This document shows positions 12,512 to 25,924 of a stretch of DNA of 64,000 bases, in pieces; within the stretch, counting starts at the first letter, position 1, and each line of letters begins with the position of its first letter. The notes beneath the pieces are model-generated. The model made no database searches, was not told the origin of the DNA, and saw only the letters and a list, made by a program, of their open reading frames with translations. Source of the DNA: Octopus sinensis (taxonomy: Eukaryota); contig NC_043001.1 in assembly GCF_006345805.1 (NCBI RefSeq), positions 99,944,001 through 100,008,000 of the forward strand, written 5' to 3'. The translations under genes were made by a program, and so were the position numbers.

Positions 12512-12741
12512 CGAGGTCTGATCAATAAGTATCCGTACTGCCATACTAATGAAGCTAAAGCTTGCATAGTAAAACCACTTGGCACAGATCGACCTTGAAC
12601 TCAGCTGTGCATGCATACGAAGAACATTAAAATTTAGTGCACTTGCACTACAGAGTTCAAGGTCAATCTGTACCAAGCGGCTAGTCTCGCTTTAGCTTTA
12701 TTACTATGACAACAATCAGGATACTTATCGATCAGACCACG
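12512..12741. mobile_element. Tc1/mariner-type foldback MITE
   Basis: TA|cgaggtctgatcaataagtatcc ... ggatacttatcgatcagaccacg|TA. Internal arms (cacagatcgaccttgaactc / gagttcaaggtcaatctgtac) are also inverted. Confidence 0.85.
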
Positions 12742-12819
12742 TATCCTCATCACTATATATATATAACATTATATATATATACATACATATATATACATAT
12801 ATATGCACATATATACATA

Positions 12820-13468
12820 CATTAGTACAATGCATACAAATAACCACACATGATAAGAAGGAATGTCCCAGTGAAAACCTCAACAAAATGTAAGCACAAC
12901 AGACCTGATATAATGATTTGGGAGAGAGAGAAGAGAAACTGTGTACAGTTGTGGAAATCAGTTGCTCAATAGATCTTAATATAACGCTAAAGACCAGTAA
13001 AAAAGACAATACCTGCTCTGAATTATTGAGAAATCTACAATTACTCTACCCAGATTACAAGTTCAGGTCTATACCCGTAATTATCGGGGCACTGGGATAT
13101 GTAACACACTACCTAAATACCAATCTTGAGAAATTAGGCTTCTCAAAACCAGAAAGAAGAAAACTGAATCAAAGACTACAGATCCAAGCCATCGCTGGCA
13201 CTCTCAAAATCTGTAAAACTTTCCAGAAGTTTATCGTTTAAGTATATATGAGCATGTCTAGACATGAAAGTTTATGCATGAGAATGCATACATAAAACAA
13301 AACAAACAAATTTGCACATGCACTGATGCCAAATGTTGCACACATACACACATACATGTAAAGATATGCTAACGATGTTGTTGGAGTTCCAATGCAGGAG
13401 CCTTGGATCTAGGTTAGAAACTAGCTCTTTCTCTATTGGCAAGAAATCTTAAAATAAAACTGAATAAT
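12820..13468 (+). mobile_element. 5'-truncated RLE-type LINE, family A (second copy)
   Basis: KHNRPDIMIW and ORF 12918-13241 (VEISCSID..ELLRNLQLLYPDYKF..IIGALG..KICKTFQKFIV). The 3' UTR matches 1309-1500. Confidence 0.9.
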
Positions 13469-13633
13469 TACATTTATTTTGTGTGTGTGTGTGTGTGTGA
13501 GTGTGACAGCACATGGCTGATACATAAATACAAACATACATACAAATACGCACACATATAGACTTGCATACAAATATACAAATAAATATATACACAAATA
13601 AATGCCCCCACACACACACACACATATATATAT

Positions 13634-13916
13634 CAATGGAAATTGTAGCTGTGATACCAATGCCGGTGGCACGTAAAAAGCACCATCCGATCATGGCCGT
13701 TTGCCAGCCTCGTCTGGCACCTGTTCTGGTGGCACGTAAAAAGCACCCACTACACTCACGGAGTGGTTGGCGTTAGGAAGGGCATCCAGCTGTAGAAACA
13801 CTGCCAGATCAGACTGGGCCTTGCAGCCTTCTGGTTTCCCAGACCCCAGTTGAACCGTCCAACCCATGCTAGCATGGAAAGCGGATGTTAAACGATATGA
13901 TGATGATGATGATGAT
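13634..13916 (+). mobile_element. RTE 3' end with two modules and (GAT)n tail
   Basis: caatggaaattgtagctgtgataccaatgccggtggcacg, two modules, then the terminal segment. Confidence 0.9.
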
Positions 13917-14159
13917 ATATATACACATATATATATACACACATACGCACACACATATACATACCTACAATACATACATACGCATACATATAGAGAGACA
14001 AATCTTTACATCAAGATAAATATATACATCATGCCACAGCATGGCCACAGCTCATTAGCTGAAACTGGAAAAATCAAATCAAAATCAAATCATAATGTAT
14101 ATTCGCAAACAAGTATTCAAGTACTATTTTCCCCCCTTGTTTCGCATGTGCTTACTCTG

Positions 14160-14260
14160 GTATATATGTATGTGTGTGTGTGTGTGTGTGTATGTGTGTA
14201 TATATATATGTATATATATATGTGTATATATATGTGTATATAAATATGTATAGATGTGTG

Positions 14261-14291
<31 letters not shown>

Positions 14292-14424
14292 CATGTATAT
14301 ATATATATGTATAAATGTATATATATCTGTATATATTTTATATGTGTCTATATAAATATACATATATGTATATATGTGTATATATATATGTGTATATAAT
14401 ATATATATTATATAGATATATATG

Positions 14425-14469
<45 letters not shown>

Positions 14470-14553
14470 CTGTATATATATTTTATATGTGTCTATATAA
14501 ATATATATATATGTATATATGGTATATATATGTGTGTATATAAAAATATATAT

Positions 14554-14598
<45 letters not shown>

Positions 14599-14622
14599 TA
14601 TGTACATGTATATATATATGTG

Positions 14623-14676
<54 letters not shown>

Positions 14677-14746
14677 TGTATATATATATAGATATATATA
14701 TATATATAATGTACATGTATATATATATGTCTATATGTGTATATAA

Positions 14747-14777
<31 letters not shown>

Positions 14778-14887
14778 GTACATGTATATATAATATATAT
14801 GTATATATGTATATATATCTGTATATATATTTATGTGTCTATATAAATATATATATATATATATATATGTATGTATATTTATGTGTC

Positions 14888-14930
<43 letters not shown>

Positions 14931-14942
14931 GTGTCTATATAA

Positions 14943-14974
<32 letters not shown>

Positions 14975-14983
14975 GTGTGTGTG

Positions 14984-15027
<44 letters not shown>

Positions 15028-15065
15028 GTGTGTATATCTATATATATATATATATATGTGTGTAT

Positions 15066-15114
<49 letters not shown>

Positions 15115-15120
15115 GTATGT

Positions 15121-15153
<33 letters not shown>

Positions 15154-15513
15154 GTTGTGTGTATATATATTATATATATATATATGTATGTTGTGTGTGT
15201 GTGTATATATATCTATATATATATGTGTGTGTATATATAATATATTATATATATATATGTGTGTATATATATATATTATGTGTATATATATACATATATA
15301 TATATATATAGTATATATATATATAGTGTGTGTATATATATATATAATGTGTGTGTGTATATATATATATATATATGTGTATATATATAATATTATATAT
15401 ATATTATATATAATATATATAATATAATATATATGTATATATATATATATGTGTGTATTATATATATATATATATATTATATAGATATATATAATATATA
15501 TATATGTGGTGTG

Positions 15514-15607
<94 letters not shown>

Positions 15608-15670
15608 GTGTGTGTGTGTGTATATAATATATATATATATGTGTGTGTGTGTGTATATTATATATATATA
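14160..15670. repeat. ~1.5 kb compound (TA)n/(TG)n microsatellite with higher-order repeats
   Basis: Almost entirely TA/TG/CA dinucleotides, with recurring anchors gtacatgta and gtgtctatataaat. Confidence 0.95.
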
Positions 15671-15671
15671 T

Positions 15672-15842
15672 CACACACTACACTCTCGGAGTGGTTGGCG
15701 TTAGGAAGGGCATCCAGCTGTAGAAACTCTGACAAATCAAGATTGGAGCCTGGTGCAGCCATCTGGTTTGTCAGCCCTCAGTCAAAATTGTCCGACCCAT
15801 GCTAGCATGGAAAGCGGACGTTAAACGATGATGATGATGATA
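15672..15842 (+). mobile_element. RTE terminal segment
   Basis: cactacactctcggagtggttggcgttaggaagggc...ggacgttaaacgatgatgat. Confidence 0.9.
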
Positions 15843-15875
15843 TATATATATATATATGCTTATTTATATATATAT

Positions 15876-15912
<37 letters not shown>

Positions 15913-16399
15913 CTATATATATATATATCTATATATCCTTATGCAACTGGCTTCACCAAAAGCCAGCCACATAAGAATGATCACTGAAAAGGTGAAAACA
16001 CTGGTGATGCACCTGCATGGCCACTGCCTTTGGGCAGAAAAGCATTGAAGAATAAAAGAATATACACATACATACATTTCATGTGTATGCTTGTGTGTGT
16101 GTGTGGGGGGGTTGTGTGTGTGAGAAGCAGCAGAGAAAAGGTGGAATGGCAGCTGAGTTGAGTGGACAAAGCATGGTTCAGGGAATGAGTAATAAGGGGA
16201 CAAAGGAGTGAATGCTGGAAGGAAAAAGTTGCAAGAGGGTAGGGAAGAGAATAAGAGACTAACAGGGAGAGAGGAATGGTGAGAGGAGTGTGAGAGAAGA
16301 TGGGTAAAGTTTGCCAGTATGTAATCCCCCCTTTAGTCCTGCATCATGACTTATGATTTGGAATGAAGGAGGATATCGTTGGTGAAGGTATGACAAAGG

Positions 16400-17270
16400 A
16401 GTACAAGTATTCTGCACAAATTAAGGGTTTTTCTCAATTAGAGTGTCATGGTATAATGAACTGAGGAGATGAGATGAGAGATAAGGATTAGCATGGTTAG
16501 CATAGATGTTGCAAGATGTGAGGTAATGGATTGGACAACATTGAACTGTGATACAAAGCAAACACCTGGAAAGATTATTTATGGCATAGGCACATACTAG
16601 GGTCTGCAGATTCTTTCAGACACTTTAGTGATCTCGCACGTTCTTATACAGACTCAGTTGTCTTGACATTATTTTGCCACTGGCCACACTGTGTGAGAAC
16701 AAGAAGGTAGATCTGATGTGCATTTGGTGCTTACAATAAAGAAACTTTTTGCTAATCTGGCATATCTGTGTTGAGCAAGTAACATTGTGTTGCACACACA
16801 CGATCAATTAAGAGTCAAATAGTCTTGTTGTAATGGCTGGTGTATTCTGCACATTAGTATATTCTGCTGCTTGCATACTTTTAGGCAGAGAGAAGGTATT
16901 GTACAAGCAGGATCAGGTTCTGTTTTCTGTCCTCCCTCACAAGACATGACCGTTCTTTGTTGAAATACTGCATAATCAGTCAGAGTCTTCATTGATTACT
17001 GATGGTAGAAACTTCTTAGATCCACAGACAGAGGACCTTTCACAGTGGCAGTGGAGCTACCACACATCTGTGACAATAAAATATCACCACTTCCATAGCT
17101 TCAGACATCCAGAAGATGTAAGAATAAGTGAAAGCAGTTGTGATTCCCTCGTTCTTTACATGGATGTGGGTCCCTTGTTGAGACACCATATCACTGAAGT
17201 CATTGTCTTCATTTTATCGCCAAGATCTGCATTGTGTTCCAGTGTCTGTCAGTATGATTTCTTCAACTGA
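16400..17270 (-). mobile_element. Very old LINE (probably RTE) remnant
   Basis: Weak minus-strand motifs (CVCNTML, DMxRLAK) in RTE order. Confidence 0.3.
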
Positions 17271-17479
17271 ATGCCATTCCTAATGTCAAGCACTGGATGC
17301 TTTTACATGCCACCAGCACAAGTGAGGTCGTAATGCAGCATTCAAGACTATGAAACCTAAATAGAGAAGGGTAACTTTATTCTATGAGATTAAGGAGTAG
17401 AGAAGGGTAAAATATGAAAGAAAGGGACAGAACAGATTCCTTACTATAAGGGGACCAACATGACAATACTCACTTTAGA

Positions 17480-18325
17480 AGGGAGGAGGTGATCCTAAGG
17501 TATCAGATATACTTAGTCAAGGATGAAGCAGAAAGGAAGAAATTTTCACATTCTATAAAGATCAGAGGCATGAAATGCTCAGAATTACATAACAGTGTGT
17601 CAAAGAGAACAAAGATGCCATGTGGAAGAAATATTTTCAAATTGATGGAGGAACAGTTACCATTGTCGTTGATGGCAAGAAAGAGGCATGGAATTATTAC
17701 AATGAGATATTGTTGAACAAAGAGAATGCAGGGGATAAAATGAAGCTACCTTATACTGACCACATGGACTGATTAACAATTTAAGTTGACAACAGAGTGG
17801 AAGATAGAGTAATTAAGGACATATAGGCAGAGACAGATGCCTGCCCATCAGGGGCAGTTCCTGAGATGCTCAAAATATTTGACAAATAGGATCCATGCCT
17901 TCACTTGAATACTCAATAAAGTAATACAGGAAGGTGCCATTCCCAATGATTGGTAAAGCAGTATCGTAGTAAACTGCTACAAAAACAAAGGATGCCATGC
18001 AGTTTGGCATTATGTCTAATAACAACATTCCTAGTGAGAAAACTGAAAGAGAGATTCTTAGCTTAGAATAGACCATTATACCTGGCATTTATTGACTTGG
18101 AGAAAGCCTTTGAAAGGGTACCACATTCATAAAACTGGTGGTCAGTAATGAAACTAGGTGGTGAAGAATAGTTTGTGAGGGCTGTACAAGCGATGTTGCA
18201 GTGAGTAATGTGAGCATCAACAGTGAGTTTGGTGTTGAATTTAATATGAAGGGAGCATTCCAGCAAAGCCAGTCTTGTCCCTCCTCTTCATCATAGTCTT
18301 ACAAGCTGTCACAGAGGAGTTTAAA
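17480..18325 (+). mobile_element. Decayed RTE RT fragment
   Basis: LLNKENA, VIQEGAIPNDW*SSIVVNCYKNKG, LAFIDLEKAFERVP, LLFIIVLQAVTEEFKT. Confidence 0.75.
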
Positions 18326-18409
18326 ACTAGCTGGATTGTATCTGTATTGTTTGACATGGCTTAGCTAGAACCAAACAACCTTAAAACATGTATAGCAGAT
18401 GATGGATAA

Positions 18410-19040
18410 GGCAATTAAGTATGATAGAGTAATTAAGATTTTGAAAAGAGGGAAAACCTCTGGCCCCTCAGGAATTACTGCCAAAACGCTTTAGAAATTA
18501 GGTGCAATGGGATGTGGCCAAGTCAGATGTGTAGTTAATCAGGTTGTACAGGAAAGTATCATATCCAACAACAGCTGCAGTAGCATTATAGTCAGCTGCT
18601 ACAAAGGTAAGAGACATATCTTAGACAGAAGTAATTACAGAGGTGTCAAGTTAGTGGACCAGGTCGTGAAAATTACGCAAAGGGTTATAGCTCAACCAAT
18701 TAAGAAAAGAGTTAGCCTCGATGGGATGCTGTTTGGTTTTGTGCGAGAGAGAAGTACTAATGATGCTTTTTTTCTAATAAGGAAACTGCAGTAAAAGAAT
18801 TTAGTCAAATTAAACCTCTGTTCTTGGTATTTTTCAACTTGGGAAAACATTTGACAGGGTCCTTCATTCCTTGATCTGATGGTCACTATGGAATCTTAGA
18901 GTAGATGAGTGGCTTATGAGAGCTGTCTTCTTACCTAGGTGACCTAATTAGCAGTGAAATACATGGATACTCACAGTAAGGTGAGAGCTAGCAATAAGTA
19001 CAGCAACAAACTTAGTATGCAAGTTTGTGTTCACCAGGTC
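18410..19040 (+). mobile_element. Decayed RTE RT fragment (second)
   Basis: ORF 18507-18794: SSIIVSCYKGKRHILDRSNYRGVKLVDQVVK..LFGFVRERSTNDAFFLIRKLQ. Confidence 0.8.
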
Positions 19041-19095
19041 TTAGGATACACATAACTCATGCTTTCTTCCTGGTAAGGCAATTTCTAGAGTAGTA

Positions 19096-19307
19096 TGAGA
19101 AGGTGCTGAAAAGTTCCTGGCTTTAAGGGTATTCAGAAAGGTCTGATTGGAGACCCAACATTCTGAGTTCTTTTACAGGGCTTAGAAAAACTGAAGGACT
19201 GCTACAAGTGTGAATGTGAGAGGGGAATATGTTAAATAAAATCATAATTAACTGATCCTCCTCTATTTTCTTTTACCTAAAGCCAAGAACTTTTCAGCAC
19301 CCCCTCA
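19096..19307 (+). mobile_element. Mariner deletion derivative / MITE
   Basis: TA|tgagaaggtgctgaaaagttcctggcttta ... taaagccaagaacttttcagcaccccctca|TA. The interior retains the transposase C-terminus (FLQGLEKLK..KC..VRGEYV). Confidence 0.85.
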
Positions 19308-19349
19308 TATTAAGTCAAAAATAAACCACTGAGTTTGACATTTGAACTT

Positions 19350-19900
19350 GAACACATGGAGAAAGCCTTTGAGAGGGTCCTTTGCTTTCTCATCTAATGG
19401 TCCCTGTAAAAGATAGGGGGATTAGTATGGCTGGTGGAAATGTCTAAGCAATATACAGAGATGTCATCAGTAAGGTGAAAGTGAGCAATGAGTATAGCAA
19501 TGAATTTAGAATGCAGATAGGTGTTCACCAGGGCGTGGTTCTTAGTTTTCTTCCATTTATCATAGTTCTCCAGACGCTAACATAGGAATTTCAGACTGGT
19601 TGCCCACTGGAGCTAATGACCTTGTTCTTACAGCTGAATCAATAAAAGAATTACTAGATAAATTCCAGGTTTGAAAGCAAAACCAGGAATCAAAGAGCCC
19701 TAAAGTTAACTTAGTAAATACAAAAATCCAACCAAGCTGGCAAACCAATAAACCACTAAGCCCTTCAGGGAAGTGGCTCTGCTCATTATGTAGAAAAGGT
19801 ATTGGTATAAAGCTAGCATCCTCTGATGGATGTGAAGTGTCAGAGGGCATATATAACAAAGTGCAAATATGTCGAGAGAAAACTTGGGCATAAGAAGAAT
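19350..19900 (+). mobile_element. Decayed RTE RT fragment (third)
   Basis: MEKAFERV, MQIGVHQGVVLS and PSGKWLCSLCRKGIG (start of the PHD-like insert). Confidence 0.7.
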
Positions 19901-20715
19901 CAGATGTTGTGAGCAAGAGAGAAGATTGTGTTGGTATAGTTAGGTAATGCATATGGACGAATATACTTGCATGAAGTACTGCCAGTCGCTACATGTGAAT
20001 GAAACCTATGGAAGATGGGAACCTATGAAAATATGGGATGAAGTGGTGAGAAATGATCTTCAAATGTTGAACCTCACAGAGATGGCAAAAACTGAGGTGA
20101 TTGGCAATTTTCTGTGATTAAGAAAATTCAATTACCTATGCAAAACTGAAACCTTAAAAGCATGTTGCCTACGTCTATTTCCCTGCACCCAATTTGTTTC
20201 TGATGAACCTACCTCCTTCCCATCCTGCAACACATGTCTATACACCCAATATGTTCTTGACAAGCTCCCCCAACACACAACCTATTTTACCCTCACCTGT
20301 CCCTCCAATGACTCATCTGCCTAACACCCACCTGTTTGTCTCCTTCTAACTATAGAACTATTCACTCAGCTGCTATAGTTAGGAGACCACACCCTTCTTC
20401 ACCAATCTCCTAATGCCTTGAACACCCATGCCCCTCCCCCTGCCTTGTACACCCTACATTTTGCCAGCAGCAGCACCCACCATTTCCTCTATCAGTCTCC
20501 CACAATTTCCATCCTTATGTACCTCTCACTTCATCCCTAGCAGTGTGTATATTTCTTACATCCCTTACATCCCTACCAAATACTTTGCTGCCACCTATCG
20601 CCTCCCTGACCCACACCTACTTTCTCTACCTTTCCCTTCATATTGACCTTCACCTTGCTTCCATCCATGTTCTGTATTCAATGCATCTCCCTCCACGTAC
20701 ATGCATACATACATA

Positions 20716-20784
<69 letters not shown>

Positions 20785-22244
20785 ATGTACTTTTTTTAAA
20801 TGAATTTTCATTTATCCTGATAGGAAAACAATATTTTTTTTATGCTGGTCAATATATTTGGGATTGAGTAAGCAGCTGTTAATCAATACGCTATAATATT
20901 TTTGAGTCTATCAAAACTCTAGTGTTCGTTAATCTGTTCAGGCAAATAATTCTCACTCTACAATTTTATTGATCGCATTTCAGAAAGAACAGTCAAGTGT
21001 TTTCTGTGAGTGCCTGTATTTTTTTTTACTAAGTGGGGACTGTAGAATATTCTATTTCCTTTTTCTACATTTTTTTTTAGTAGCAACTTTTCTTCATTAT
21101 TAAAACTTTTTTTATTTATCCTATTGATACAGTTTGCATCTACTCCTATAGAAAACTGGAAGCACTTTTGTTGTTATCAAAGTAAAGCATGAACATGAAT
21201 TTCAGTTAATTTGGTCAGGTTCTGCAGCTTATTGCAGGTGTTGGTGTAAATTGTCAGTTGACACAACTGCTTGTAATAATCTGTCGCAGCAGATGGAATG
21301 GGATTAATCCAACATAAAGAACTTGTTATCATCATCATTATCGTAGTATGTTAATGACTACTTTATCCATACTTCAATAGATTTAATATGATGAGTTCGT
21401 TTGTTAGTTACCTTGTCCTAGCTACCTTTCAGTCCTGATCACTATTTCTTAAAAGTTAGCCATCCATTACTACCTGGGATGTTTCCTTTAGCTCTGATAG
21501 TTATCACTTGATTTTTTAACTCTTCAAATCTTGTCATTCACTCAATGCAACTGTGCAATGTTATCTGTTTCAGGATTAAGTATCTCTTTATGATATACAT
21601 CTCTTTATCATTCCCATTTCTTAGTTGCATAGAAATATCTGGATACATTTAAAGATAATTATTCTTTTACACAAGAATATGTTAAATGTATAAACAGATT
21701 AAAAAAAGAAAAAGAGAAGTGGATAAAGTTATCAGATTGAATTTAGATCTTTACTTTAATCCAAGTCACAATGAGTGGCTACCTAAATGTGTGCCCCAAC
21801 ATACATAACAATTTCTCTCACTATACGTACATCTTATATATCTCACAATTGAAATTTACTTACACAATGAGGTAAAAAAAAAAAGATAAAAATTTGTATT
21901 TGTCTTAGAGTTCTATTGAATAACACAAATGGATAAATGAAAATCACAAAAAAATATATATTTCAGAATGACATTGTGAAAGAATATGAATTATCTGTTT
22001 TCCCCTGATGTTGGTATTTTTTTAATACTTTCAAAATAAAAGCAACACAGGTTGTAGAGAAATTAAAAATAAACCTAGAAAACTGGAACTCTGTCAGTTA
22101 CAAAAACAAGGGTTCCAGGATCCAATCAATGCAACAGCATGCTCATGAAATTAATGTGCAAGTGGCTGAGTACTCCACAGACATGAATACCCTTAATGTA
22201 GTTCTCAAGAAGATTCAGTGTGATAGAATATGGCAAGGTGTCCC

Positions 22245-22400
22245 TTTGAATTACAGGCATAACTTATTTTCTCCAGCTGAGTGGACTGGAGCAACCTCAA
22301 ATAAAGTGTCTTGCTCAAGAATGTAACGCACCACCAGGAACTGAACTTACAATCTTACAATTGTGAGCTGAATACCCTAACCATTAAGCCATGTGTGTTC
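22245..22400 (-). mobile_element. tRNA-derived SINE fragment
   Basis: Minus strand has tggcttaatggttagggtattcagct (A-box-like) and aagttcagttcctgg (B-box-like), with a ttgagcaagacac body. Confidence 0.6.
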
Positions 22401-22594
22401 CCTGCAGAGAGATAAAAAAGAAACAAAACAGAAAACATGATAATGAGAATATTAATGATGATGTAATGAAAAAGAAATGAAATAAGGATTTCTTCTTGTG
22501 TAATTCTAATAAAAGAAACTGGACTAACGAAGGACCTAGTTAAGATATGATGTACCAAATGTCCTAAATGAAAAACTTAATTAACCTCAGTCTT

Positions 22595-22740
22595 CAATTG
22601 GTACTTATTTTATCAACTCTGTTAGGGATGAAAGGTAAAATCGACCTCAGTGGCATTTGAACCTAGAACATACAGGTGAGTGCAATGCAGCTGAGTATTT
22701 TGCCTGGTCTACTAATGATTCTACCAGCTTGCCACCTTAG
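22595..22740 (-). mobile_element. tRNA-derived SINE with conserved central core
   Basis: Reverse complement of ggtggcaagctggtagaatcattag..ttctaggttcaaatgcc..ggtcgattttacctttcatcc..gataaaataagtacca. Confidence 0.7.
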
Positions 22741-25700
22741 AATGTCAAGTAATTAAGAGTTAATCTAATAAAGTTAGTATGTTTAGGGAAAACATTCCTT
22801 AAACAAAATCGTTCTCAACTTTTGTATTACATTATAAAATATAATACTGGGAATCTCTCTATAAATATGAAAGTTATTTTTTATTTATTTTGAAACTATA
22901 GATACAACCAAATCACTAAGATCTAGTTGTGAAACAAACTATGCCAGAAATGGTTTCCAAGAAACAAAATCTTTCTATATTCAGAAGAATATAGCTGAGA
23001 TTTCTGATGAATTGTGTGAAATAAAAGAAAGTCAAATAAACAGATGCTAAATTTTAATGGAGGAAAAAATTATGAAGATAGAGTTTATGTTTCATTATGC
23101 AATGCCAGATTTACCTGTTGAATCTTAAAACCCAGGGGCCCTCCATTCAAGGTGTATATATAGTTCTAGATGTGAGGTTTATAGAGTGGGAAGGGATGAG
23201 CCAAAGTGGATTAGCCTAAGGTGTCTCTTTATCTAAATCCAGTGTTGTCAACATGAAAATGACATTTTCAATTTGAAAAACTAAAATCCTCAATGAGTAA
23301 ATAAAATTTAAGGATATAACCTTTCTACAGAAATCTAATGGCTTTCAGCTTCCTGACTGGAACTGGAAGGTGCCTAATACAACTATTGCTGATTCCAATC
23401 AGTTGTTACGATATTGATATCTCATAAATATCCAGAAGGGGATATATTTAACTAAATCTTTTTTCGGTATTGACTGGAAACAATGTTTTGTTTTTCAAGA
23501 GCAATTGCTGTCATCTAAAAGAATTACCCCCGCCAGTTCTTCTTTACATGAAAATTGATCTCAGATTTACGCTTAACATTTTTAATGACAAATAGAAATG
23601 ATTTTAAAAAGGTGAATAAATAGTGAAAACTATGTGAATATATAGTGAATTAATACTGAAAAAAAAATGGAAAATAGAAACATAAATACTATATCTTCTC
23701 TAATAGTAACTTTCCTTTCATGTACATTTTACTTTTACACTTAAAAAAAAAACATAGTGAAAACCAGATTCCTTATTTACATGCTTTGATAAACCTAGTT
23801 GATAAACAAGAAAATAACTACAGTTAATTTGATTAATAGCAAGTTCTAACATTGATTTAAAACATTTCATTTGGCAAGTTAGCTTTTTTAAAACAGTTTA
23901 ATTTGCAATGAATTCCTCTATTGTAAAACTTATTTCGCTTACAGATTATAACTATGTAAGTTGAATATTTCTTAATTCCATTTAGTTGCACCAACAGCTT
24001 CACACATAAATACTAACAGTGTTCCAGTTATTATTACAACAAATGATGTGCTGTTTATAATTTCTTACACAGATACACACACCTTCAAACTTACAAGGAA
24101 TTGATGATGGAGATTATGACTCATATTTTTTTTTGAAAAGCCTTTAACAACAAAAGCAAAGTGGAAAGGTAACACCAGGGACATAAAATCAACCCACATA
24201 TTTTTCCTGCCACGATCTCTCTAACATATTATGTAACACACAAACTAATTCCTTTCTGCCGCTCCACTGAACTATGATGAACGAATGTGAACCAGACAGA
24301 TTGCTAAATATAATTGTTTTACTTTATTCTAGAACAATAGGCTACTGCTGCAAACCCATGAGCAAAGTGCTGACATTTTTAATGGACTCTTAATGATATT
24401 GCATAAACACTTGAGTAAGGAAAACTGTGAATACATAAGAAAAATCAAAAATGAATTCTGTGTTAAGAAGTGGCCATGAGTCAAGCAAATTATTCCTTCT
24501 CACATTTTAAAAATATTTCCAAGTATATCATAGTGTATCAGTATACATTGGTTTAAGTATCACATGAGAGAGAGAGTGTGTGTGTGTGTGTGTGTGTGCA
24601 TGTTTACATACAGGTAAGCATGTGTACAAACATAATCAGTTATGCAAATAAGCAGATAAAAGTAGAAAAGGACAAACCCTCATGAAATAATCATCAAAAG
24701 GAATTCAGAAAGAAGAAAAAAGTTTAACAGAGTTAAGTTTTGTCTGCAATAACCAAAATGATAAAAATTAGAGGAAAATGTATTTTCAAAAAAAAGTAAA
24801 AGGAAATAAATATTTTAAAAAGTCACTTTATTTATATACGTAATTCATACACACGTGCTCACAATATACATTGTAGATTTAAACAATTAAATCTACACTC
24901 GTGTCGCTTTCTTTAAATATGAGAGGATTTATTTTTTTTATGAATGTAGAGGATTCATGATGTTTATATTCCTATAATGTAGGGTATAAAATAAAGAGAT
25001 TTTTTCAAGTCATGATATATTATTAGGGAAAAATTTACAATAAATATATATTGTATACAAAACTATTTTACATACAGGACAAGATTTATTTGGTGCATCT
25101 TAGTTGGATCAAGTCAAATAATTTTCAGAGACAGCTAGAATAGAAAACATGTAGCAATGCTTTTTATCTTCCAGAAACAAAGTAAGACGAAATCTTCAGG
25201 GATTAATTATCAGGCATATTAGTAAGCCAGTAAGAATTATATAAGATTATGTTTGGATGTAAGTTTAAAGCCAGATAAACAGAAAAGTTACATATGTAGA
25301 TATTGTTTTAATAACTTTTATATTCTGCACAAAAGAATAAAAGATGTATTTACAACCAAATGTGCTTGTTCTTGCGAGAGAAAACAAAACTATTACTGCA
25401 TTAGAGGTAATTTAAAAACAGCCATCAGTTAAACAAATGTAAAACATTTACAATTCTTTTATTCGTTTACTGGTTTCAGTTATTGTATTGTGACTCCAGT
25501 GAAGCACAATCATCAAAGGTTTTCACCAAGCATATCAACTAACGTTCTTATTTCTGTCTGGCTCTTATCTCACAGATATCTAATTGTCAAACTTCGAAGT
25601 TATGGAATATAAAGAACAAAACAAGCAAGAATGTACATCTACATATGCATAACATCTATGTATGCGTATACACAGATATTCATATATATATAAGGTTCAA

Positions 25701-25924
25701 AAGGAACACAGGAGTCGATATACATGGAAAAAAAGTCAAGGTAGAAAATGCAAATACTATGCAAATATTCATTTAAAATACTTTTCTTCTAATTTTGCCA
25801 AAATTTAATTGTTTTCCATATTTACTGTTGAAAAAGTCTCAATGACTGAAACTGGTACTGAAATGTTTTTTATAAAATTATTTTAGCATTTTCTACCTGG
25901 AATTTTTTTCCACATATATATATA

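Noticed and set aside
14124-15805. Many long ORFs rich in YI/CV/HT dipeptides (also at 4587-4881, 26045-26440, 32802-33173)
   Set aside because: They are translations of (TA)n/(TG)n/(CA)n repeats, which lack stop codons in some frames.
20199-20210. Isolated CTGATGA in a C-rich, Penelope-UTR-like region
   Set aside because: No stem II or GAAA partner downstream.
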